Below, piece after piece: positions 34,024-40,530 of a DNA stretch of 52,045 nucleotides (position 1 is the stretch's first letter; each line of letters starts with the position of its first letter). The notes beneath the pieces were generated by a model. That model was given only the letters and a program-made list of their open reading frames with translations, was not told the origin of the DNA and searched no databases. The DNA is from Gammaproteobacteria bacterium (GTDB lineage Bacteria; Pseudomonadota; Gammaproteobacteria; Natronospirales; REEB76), in NCBI GenBank assembly GCA_028864905.1, contig JAGWLP010000003.1, forward strand, positions 1 to 52,045, read 5' to 3'. The translations under genes were made by a program, and so were the position numbers.

Positions 34024-34557
34024 TCAGAACGTCACCGTGACGGTGATAGTGTCGGTGTAACTGCCCGGAATCATGTCTTGTTGTGCGGGAATATTACCGT
34101 AAACAGTGTTTGTCACGCCTGCCCTCGCCTGCGGTCGCGAGACGGTTGTCGAGACCGTGGTAGATCCTGAACTCCCGTCTCCCCATACCGTAGTGAGTGT
34201 GGAATCGGTGTACAGATTGTAATTCAGTACATTCCCCCCGCTGGTCAAAGTGCGCTGCACATACGTCCCACTGCCGCTGCTGAGCGAAATGGTATAAGTA
34301 ATGCCGCTTCTGGGGACTCCACTCGGGCACTGGAAGGTGAGCGTGCTGGTGCCGGTGACTGAAGCTACGTTCAAGGGATTGTAATTGCCGAAATTCACCG
34401 CGGTGGAGCTGATGGTGCAACTCGGTGCGGCGCGCAGAGCAGCGGCCATCAGCAAGCCAGCGACGCCGGCGGCAATTGGCAGCCACCGGTTGTTGGTGCG
34501 TGCCGATCTTGTACATACAGGCCGACGTGCCGGCATCCAAAGGCGTTTGCTTTTCAT
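34024..34557 (-). CDS. Spore coat U domain (Csu-type) minor pilin
   Basis: C..FGNYNPL, LNYNLYT..VWGDG, VYGNIPAQQ and GSYTDTITVTVTF; ATGA overlap with the usher stop. Confidence 0.9.
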   Translation of the reverse strand: MKSKRLWMPARRPVCTRSARTNNRWLPIAAGVAGLLMAAALRAAPSCTISSTAVNFGNYNPLNVASVTGTSTLTFQCPSGVPRSGITYTISLSSGSGTYVQRTLTSGGNVLNYNLYTDSTLTTVWGDGSSGSTTVSTTVSRPQARAGVTNTVYGNIPAQQDMIPGSYTDTITVTVTF

Positions 34558-37166
34558 GGCGATGCCACCTTGCAAATGAAAGTTCCCAAATCCGGCAACG
34601 GATCGCTGGTCTGCGGCATGCTGACCTGCAATCGGCAGCTTTGATGGTCCCAGTTTGCCTCGATTTCATTATGGGCTTGCAGGCCGGTGAGATACAGCTC
34701 GCCGTCCAGGCCCACGGGGAAATTCTGAGTCTGGCCCAGAATTTGGACGGTAGCTCCGGCCGGCAGCGACTTGCCGTCCGCGAGCTTGATGGTGAGCGTG
34801 GCGCCGCGCGCCGAAGTGATGGGGAATTTCACCACCACGCCGCTGTTGAAGCGCGGCACCGCGTTTTGTTGCAGCGCGTTGATCTGGACGCTCAGCGGAA
34901 TACTCTGGGCGTCGAGGCTCACGGGGTTGTTCTGGTAGGGACGCAGGTTAGGTATCAATGCGTCGCCGTTCTTGTCAGTGACGCCGACCGGCTGGTTGTC
35001 GGCGTACACGGTGACGTCGGGAATGCCGGGCGCCTCCACCAGGCCAAACGCACCGTTGATCTGGCGCGTGGGGAACACCCCGCCGCCGATGAAGGCCAGT
35101 CCGCTGCTGGCCTCGGCCTGATAACTGGTCTGGCCGGCGGTGTTGAGCGCGCCCACGCGGTAGGTGCCGACATTGTTCTGATAATCGTATTCCGCCTGGC
35201 TGAAGGCGTCCGGCCCAAGCTGTGCGCTCACGCGGTAGCCGCTGCCGGTGCCGGCGGGCAGGCTCTCCTGCACCTGGGCGAAACCCTGGTCCACGTTGTT
35301 CTGGCGCTGCACGCCGAAACTCACGTTGCTGCGCTCGCCGAAGGGCAGCGTGAACATCAGGATTACGCCGTTACTGCTGCTGGTGAGCGTGTGATAGGCG
35401 TTGGCGCTGAAGAAGCCGCGGTTGCCGACATTGATGCTGTAACTTGCGGTTACCAGGCGCGTGTGGCCGAACAGCGGCGAGCTTTGATCGAGGTAGGCGA
35501 GCGAAACCGAGCCGGCGCGGCCCAGGAAAGCGCCGACGCTGGCGGTAATCTGTTTGCGCGGTGCCGGCAGACCGTTGTAGCCCAGCTCGGTAAAGTCCGG
35601 ACTCGCCAGTTGTGAGCTCAGGCCGGCGTTGAACGTTACGCCCTGCCACTGATAGCCGATGAGTCCCAGCACACCCTGTCCGAGCGCGCCGTGACTTGCG
35701 GCCAAAGCGGCATTGAATATGCCCGCTGTGGGCGCCGCCCAGGTAGCGCCGACGCTTGCATCCTGCAGGCCAGTGGAACTTTCGGCGCGCAGCTCGCCGG
35801 TGAAATCGTCGCTGAAGCCATGACGGAACAGCCCGGTGGCGGCAAATGGCCCGTAGTCGTTGCTCGCGAGGCCGTAGTTCTCACGCAGCTTGCCGGCGGC
35901 AAACGCATAATCGTCGAGCCCGGATTTCAGCAGATTCGAGCTGGCATAGAAGGATTCCGAAATCACCTGTTCGCGGCCGAGCAGGTCACGCACCACCAGC
36001 GTGGCGGTACCGGGCCCGGTGACCACCGGCACCGCCGGCACCGAGAACGGGCCGGGCGGCACCTGCTGGGATTCCTTGAGTACGCCGTTTACATACAGCT
36101 GCACGGTCGAGGGCAGCGCTGCCTGACCGCCGATCACTGGCAGTGGAAAGGTGATGAAGTACGGACGGGTGGCGAAGTTGGTGCCGTACTGGATGCCGCC
36201 CAGGCGCACGGCGAGACCAGTCATGCCGCCGTTGGTGATGCTGTCACCGAGCTGCAAGGTGGTCATGTTGTCGGGATCGTCATGCGTCCACACGCTGTCG
36301 AGCCGCGTCCATTGGCTGTGGGCGTGATTGATGTTCTGGCCGATGAAGCTCGAAGTGCCCACGCCCCAGTCGTTGAACACGCCGGCTTCGAGCAGACTGT
36401 TGATGCCGGTCACGCCGGGACTGCGGGTGCCGAGAAAATCGTAATTGAGAAAACCGCCGAAAGGCGTGGGCTGCAGGTGCGGATTGCTGGGGAACAGGCC
36501 GTCCACCACCGAACCGGTGAAGGCACCGGGCGGCGCGCTGATCCACAGGGTTTCCGTGGTCGCGTCCACGTGATAGCTCAGGCCGGGAATCGCATCCAGC
36601 GGATAGAATTTTTCGCCTTGATACAGATACGGCTGGGTCGCAGGCAAGCGCAGCCTCCAGCGCTCCAGGTCGGAGTCACGCGCATACAGATTCTTGTCCG
36701 GCGTGCTGCCGAAGCCGAGCAACATATCGGTCTCATGCCAGGGCTGCTGGTTGAGATGCACTTCCAGCAGCAGTTCGATGGGCGCGGTGGGTGTCGCTGC
36801 CTGTGTGGCAGTGACCGTCGCAGCGGGCGCGGCGGGATTGGTCGAGACTGCGCGCGCCGGAATCCCCGCGTGCGCGGTTGCGGGCGCGCCAGCTGACGCG
36901 GAGCGGACCGTCCCTGAGGCGCGTATCGGTCGTGACGCACGCGCGATCGGGGACGGTTGTAAAGCGGGCGGCTGCGCTGCGGGCTTGGCCGGCACAGAGG
37001 TGACCGCGGTGGACGGCGGTACGTTTGGATGCGATACAGTCACCGGGGCATGCGGTGGCTGCGAACAGCGGCGGAGTGACAACAGCACGACGACAGCTAC
37101 CAGAGCGACGGCCACCGCCAAGCCGAATCGCAGCGCACTGCCGCGGCTGAATGCGCCCCCGGACAT
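34554..37166 (-). CDS. Fimbrial outer-membrane usher (CsuD-like) with an unusual N-terminal extension
   Basis: FLNYD, RLDS.W, LGD, GGIQYGTNFATRP, DLLGRE, GTYR, VGLDGELY and a C-terminal Cys pair. Confidence 0.93.
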   Translation of the reverse strand: MSGGAFSRGSALRFGLAVAVALVAVVVLLSLRRCSQPPHAPVTVSHPNVPPSTAVTSVPAKPAAQPPALQPSPIARASRPIRASGTVRSASAGAPATAHAGIPARAVSTNPAAPAATVTATQAATPTAPIELLLEVHLNQQPWHETDMLLGFGSTPDKNLYARDSDLERWRLRLPATQPYLYQGEKFYPLDAIPGLSYHVDATTETLWISAPPGAFTGSVVDGLFPSNPHLQPTPFGGFLNYDFLGTRSPGVTGINSLLEAGVFNDWGVGTSSFIGQNINHAHSQWTRLDSVWTHDDPDNMTTLQLGDSITNGGMTGLAVRLGGIQYGTNFATRPYFITFPLPVIGGQAALPSTVQLYVNGVLKESQQVPPGPFSVPAVPVVTGPGTATLVVRDLLGREQVISESFYASSNLLKSGLDDYAFAAGKLRENYGLASNDYGPFAATGLFRHGFSDDFTGELRAESSTGLQDASVGATWAAPTAGIFNAALAASHGALGQGVLGLIGYQWQGVTFNAGLSSQLASPDFTELGYNGLPAPRKQITASVGAFLGRAGSVSLAYLDQSSPLFGHTRLVTASYSINVGNRGFFSANAYHTLTSSSNGVILMFTLPFGERSNVSFGVQRQNNVDQGFAQVQESLPAGTGSGYRVSAQLGPDAFSQAEYDYQNNVGTYRVGALNTAGQTSYQAEASSGLAFIGGGVFPTRQINGAFGLVEAPGIPDVTVYADNQPVGVTDKNGDALIPNLRPYQNNPVSLDAQSIPLSVQINALQQNAVPRFNSGVVVKFPITSARGATLTIKLADGKSLPAGATVQILGQTQNFPVGLDGELYLTGLQAHNEIEANWDHQSCRLQVSMPQTSDPLPDLGTFICKVASP

Positions 37167-37257
37167 GGGTCAGGCCGTGACGGCCGGTAAAGGGCCGCCG
37201 GGGGAAGTGTGGGGAAAATCGGGCCTGAAAACACAACGCGCCGTGCGGACGTCGGCC

Positions 37258-37968
37258 TCAAGCTCCGGGGGCGAGTTGCGCATGGATGCTGCCCCCGTCG
37301 GTGTCCGCGGTGATCTGCAGCAGAGCATTCGCTGCCAGCGGCGCCGCCAGTTTGACGTTCCAGGTGCGTTGCGAGCCGGGCAAAAGGTAACCGCCGAATT
37401 CCTGCAGCAGCGGGGCGCTGCGGCCTTTTTCAGTCACGCTCAACTTGAGAAGTTCAGTGTGCGCCGTACCGTTGTTATGTACGCTAAGCTGCAATTCCTT
37501 GGCGGACATGCGTTTGGCGGACCACTGCAGGTCAGGAGCGGTTGTCATCGCCGGTTCGACGAATACCGGAATGCCAATACGCAGGGCGATCTGCACTCCG
37601 TGGAAACCCGCTCGAGGCGCCGGCGGCACTTCCGTGAGAAACAGCCGATAGCAGGTTTCCTGTTTGGCGTCGGACGCGGTGCGCAGGCCGATGCGCACCA
37701 CCTGCTGGCTGCCGGGGGCCACGGTGAAAATCGGGGGTGTGGCCAGAAGGTTGCGGCTCGGCGTGTACACGTCCCGACCGTTTTCCTGGGACCACGCCAC
37801 GATCTGCATCTGCACCACGGTGGGACTGTCGCTGCTGTTGATCACGCGCAGCACGCCGGTAGTTTGCGCGGCGGACAGCGTCACGCGTATGGGATTTACT
37901 TGGAAGGAAGCGGCTCGCGCCCCCAAGGGCGCGAGCAGCATGATTACCAGGAACAGCAGCTTACGCAT
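37258..37968 (-). CDS. Periplasmic pilus chaperone (CsuC/PapD-like)
   Basis: FQVNPIRV, WSQ, PPIF...QVVRIG, YRLFLTEVP, IPVFV, NNGTAH and GYLLPG. Confidence 0.93.
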   Translation of the reverse strand: MRKLLFLVIMLLAPLGARAASFQVNPIRVTLSAAQTTGVLRVINSSDSPTVVQMQIVAWSQENGRDVYTPSRNLLATPPIFTVAPGSQQVVRIGLRTASDAKQETCYRLFLTEVPPAPRAGFHGVQIALRIGIPVFVEPAMTTAPDLQWSAKRMSAKELQLSVHNNGTAHTELLKLSVTEKGRSAPLLQEFGGYLLPGSQRTWNVKLAAPLAANALLQITADTDGGSIHAQLAPGA

Positions 37969-37999
37969 GACTCTGGTCCGCTCAAAGGCCGGGCAGGAC

Positions 38000-38524
38000 T
38001 TAGAACGTGACCGTGACAGTAATGGTATCCTGATAGGAATTCGCCACGCTCGAAGGTGTCACGTTCTGACCACTGGGGATGGTACCGTACACGGTGAAAG
38101 GCTGCACGGTTGCGGCGCTGGCGCTGGTGTAGCTCTGGGTTGAAGTGCCGCCAGTGCTATCACCCCACACTGCGGTGTTGCCCGCGGTCGTGTAGAGCTG
38201 GTAGTTGAGCAGGTCGGTGGACGAGCCCGTGTCCTTCATCTTGCGCTGCGCCAAGGCGCCGTTCACCCCGCCGTTCAGCGCAATGGTGGCCACCGTCGTC
38301 TTGGTGCATTGCACGCTCACCGTCGAGGTACCGGTAGTGTTGGTGGCGGCCAGCGGATCGTAAGTGCCGAAGGCCAGAGCCGTGGCCGAAATATTGCACG
38401 ATTTGATGACGTTGGCCGACACCAGAAAGGTCGTGGTCTGTGGCGACGGACCTGCAAAGGCGCTGCCCATGGCCAGCAAGCCGGCCGCGCCGGTGAGCAT
38501 AAGAGTACGCAAGTGCTTAAACAT
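38000..38524 (-). CDS. Spore coat U domain major pilin (CsuA/B-like)
   Basis: SD GGAG, signal peptide ending AFA, donor strand TTTFLVSANV before Cys, FGTYDPL, LNYQLY and YQDTITVTVTF. Confidence 0.92.
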   Translation of the reverse strand: MFKHLRTLMLTGAAGLLAMGSAFAGPSPQTTTFLVSANVIKSCNISATALAFGTYDPLAATNTTGTSTVSVQCTKTTVATIALNGGVNGALAQRKMKDTGSSTDLLNYQLYTTAGNTAVWGDSTGGTSTQSYTSASAATVQPFTVYGTIPSGQNVTPSSVANSYQDTITVTVTF

Positions 38525-38608
38525 GACAGTTCTCCACAAGTAAATGATTGCCAAATTTCACTGGTGCAGCTGCCCGATTTCGCTAGTCGAAGGAGCGGGC
38601 TGCTGCAC

Positions 38609-38668
38609 CGCGGGTATCCCTGAGATGCTCTCCGGTGAAACCCCGGGGGCTCTCGGAATTCCTCCTAA
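38609..38668. promoter_or_regulatory. Second array of TCAGG-N5-CCTGA-like boxes upstream of the pilus operon
   Basis: CGCGGGTATCCCTGA (38609), CCGGTGAAACCCCGG (38632) and weak CGGAATTCCTCCTAA (38654); spacing 23 and 22 bp. Confidence 0.4.
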
Positions 38669-38677
38669 CCTAGGCGA

Positions 38678-38693
38678 AGCAATCCTTGTGCCA
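38678..38693 (-). promoter_or_regulatory. Sigma54 promoter of the Csu-type pilus operon
   Basis: Minus-strand TGGCACAAGGATTGCT, exact TGGCAC-N5-TTGCW, oriented toward the major pilin. Confidence 0.8.
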
Positions 38694-38755
38694 AAGCCCG
38701 TATTACGGAGTACTCAAGCCTTGGCGAGCGAACCCGGATGGTGTTCCTTTATTTC

Positions 38756-38778
38756 AAAGTGACGCTGCGTGTCACTTT
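38756..38778. promoter_or_regulatory. Palindromic candidate enhancer (UAS)
   Basis: AAAGTGAC-N7-GTCACTTT, about 100 bp upstream of the predicted sigma54 start. Confidence 0.5.
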
Positions 38779-38899
38779 TGTGCAATCCGACAGCAGCGAT
38801 GTGACTTGCTGCGGTGCAGCTTTTACAGTGGAAAAGAATATATGTCAAACAATATTTCGACTACGAACCGCCTGCGATTCATGAAGTTACGTTGGTTAT

Positions 38900-39880
38900 T
38901 TAACCTGCTGCACAGGATTGTATAGCGGCCCCGCCCGTGTCCAGGCGTCCCACAAGCTCGGCCACCCACTTGAACCCGTGTAGTCCAAGGTATTCGGCGA
39001 TGCCGGCGTTGAGCTTCTTGCAAACCAGGGGGTCATAGAACAGTGCCGTGCCCACACCCACCGCCGACGCCCCGGCAATCAGGAATTCCAGCGCATCGCG
39101 CACTGTGGTGATGCCACCCTGGCCGATGATCGGCACCCCGTGGGGTTTGGCGACCTGATAGACCTGTTGCACCTTGAGGAGCGCCAGGGGCTTGATGGCC
39201 GGGCCGGACAGGCCGCCCTGGAAGTTCCCGAGCGTCGGTTTGCGTGTCTGCGGGTCGATCGCCATGCCCGCGAAGGTGTTGATGGCAGCGAACGCGTCGG
39301 TTCCAGCCTCGATGCACCGCCGGGCGTTTTCCGCAATGTCCGTCTGGTTGGGCGAGAGCTTGGTGATCAGCGGCTTTTTCGTGACCCTGCGGCAGGCAGT
39401 CACCACGCGTGCGGACATCTCCGGGTCGTTGCCGAACTGCACGCCGCCTTCCTTCACGTTCGGGCAGGAGATGTTGATCTCGATGGCGTCTATCGGCGAA
39501 TCATCGAAGCGGCGTGTGACCTCGGCGTATTCTTCTACGGTCGAACCCGCGACGTTGGCGATGAATCGCGTCTCGCCAAAATCCAGCACCGGCAGGATTT
39601 TATTGACCACGTGATCCACGCCGGGATTCTGCAGGCCGATGGCGTTCAGCAGTCCGGACGGGGTTTCGAACAGGCGGTGCGGCGGGTTGCCGAGCCGCGG
39701 CTTGAGCGTGGTGCCCTTCAGGCACACTGCACCGGCGTCGCGGTTGGAGAAACCCGCAACGCGCGTATATTCTTCGCCGAAGCCCACGCAGCCGGACAGC
39801 AGCACCAGCGGTGAGTTGAATTTCAGACCGCAGAATTCGATTTTGAGTGAGTCTGGCAGAGTCTTTTGGCTATCGGGCAT
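38900..39880 (-). CDS. pyrD: Dihydroorotate dehydrogenase, family 1 (1B-like catalytic subunit)
   Basis: NAIGLQNPG, EINISCPN (catalytic Cys), KLSPN, GGLSGPAIKP and IIGQGGI; no N-terminal membrane segment. Confidence 0.9.
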   Translation of the reverse strand: MPDSQKTLPDSLKIEFCGLKFNSPLVLLSGCVGFGEEYTRVAGFSNRDAGAVCLKGTTLKPRLGNPPHRLFETPSGLLNAIGLQNPGVDHVVNKILPVLDFGETRFIANVAGSTVEEYAEVTRRFDDSPIDAIEINISCPNVKEGGVQFGNDPEMSARVVTACRRVTKKPLITKLSPNQTDIAENARRCIEAGTDAFAAINTFAGMAIDPQTRKPTLGNFQGGLSGPAIKPLALLKVQQVYQVAKPHGVPIIGQGGITTVRDALEFLIAGASAVGVGTALFYDPLVCKKLNAGIAEYLGLHGFKWVAELVGRLDTGGAAIQSCAAG

Positions 39881-39927
39881 GTCGGCTCCGGTTGTGCAGG
39901 CGCCACCCGTTGTTAGAGGACCCGCTC

Positions 39928-40392
39928 ATGCTGCATGTGGTTTTGTATCAGCCCGAAATACCGCCGAACACCGGCAATATCATACGCCTGTGTGCCAACG
40001 CGGGCGTCGCGTTGCATCTGGTTCATCCGCTCGGCTTCGAAATCACCGCGGCGCGTGTAAAACGCGCCGGACTGGACTACCGCGAGATGGCCAACGTGCG
40101 GGAACATGTGGACCTCGAGACTTGTATCAAGGACATCGCGCCCACACGATTATTTGCCGTTTCCACCCGGGGCCGGCAGCGTTACACGGACGTGCAATAC
40201 CAGGACGGCGACGCTTTCCTGTTTGGACCCGAAACCCGCGGTCTGCCGCAGCATCTCCTGGATTCACTGCTGCAAGAACGAGTGCTGCGCATTCCCATGC
40301 GTCCCGACAACCGCAGCCTGAATCTTTCCAACGCCGTGGCGGTGATTGTGTATGAAGCTTGGCGGCAGGCGGCTTTCGCTGGCGGCACGTGA
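39928..40392 (+). CDS. trmL: tRNA (cytidine(34)-2'-O)-methyltransferase
   Basis: PEIPPNTGNIIRLC, RAGLDY, FGPETRGLP and RSLNLSN. Confidence 0.96.
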   Translation: MLHVVLYQPEIPPNTGNIIRLCANAGVALHLVHPLGFEITAARVKRAGLDYREMANVREHVDLETCIKDIAPTRLFAVSTRGRQRYTDVQYQDGDAFLFGPETRGLPQHLLDSLLQERVLRIPMRPDNRSLNLSNAVAVIVYEAWRQAAFAGGT

Positions 40393-40530
40393 CTCGATCC
40401 GAGCCTCACGGTGCAGGAACGCTACCTGCGTGCAGTTCTCGCCGACGTGACTGCGGCCACCCACTGTGCAGCGGCCAGCCGACAGCAATTTACACCACAA
40501 TTCTTTTGTGCTAGTAAACCTGTGCGTTGA

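Noticed and set aside
38756-38778. CRP site interpretation of the upstream palindrome
   Set aside because: The GTGA...TCAC spacer is 9 bp, not the 6 bp CRP requires.
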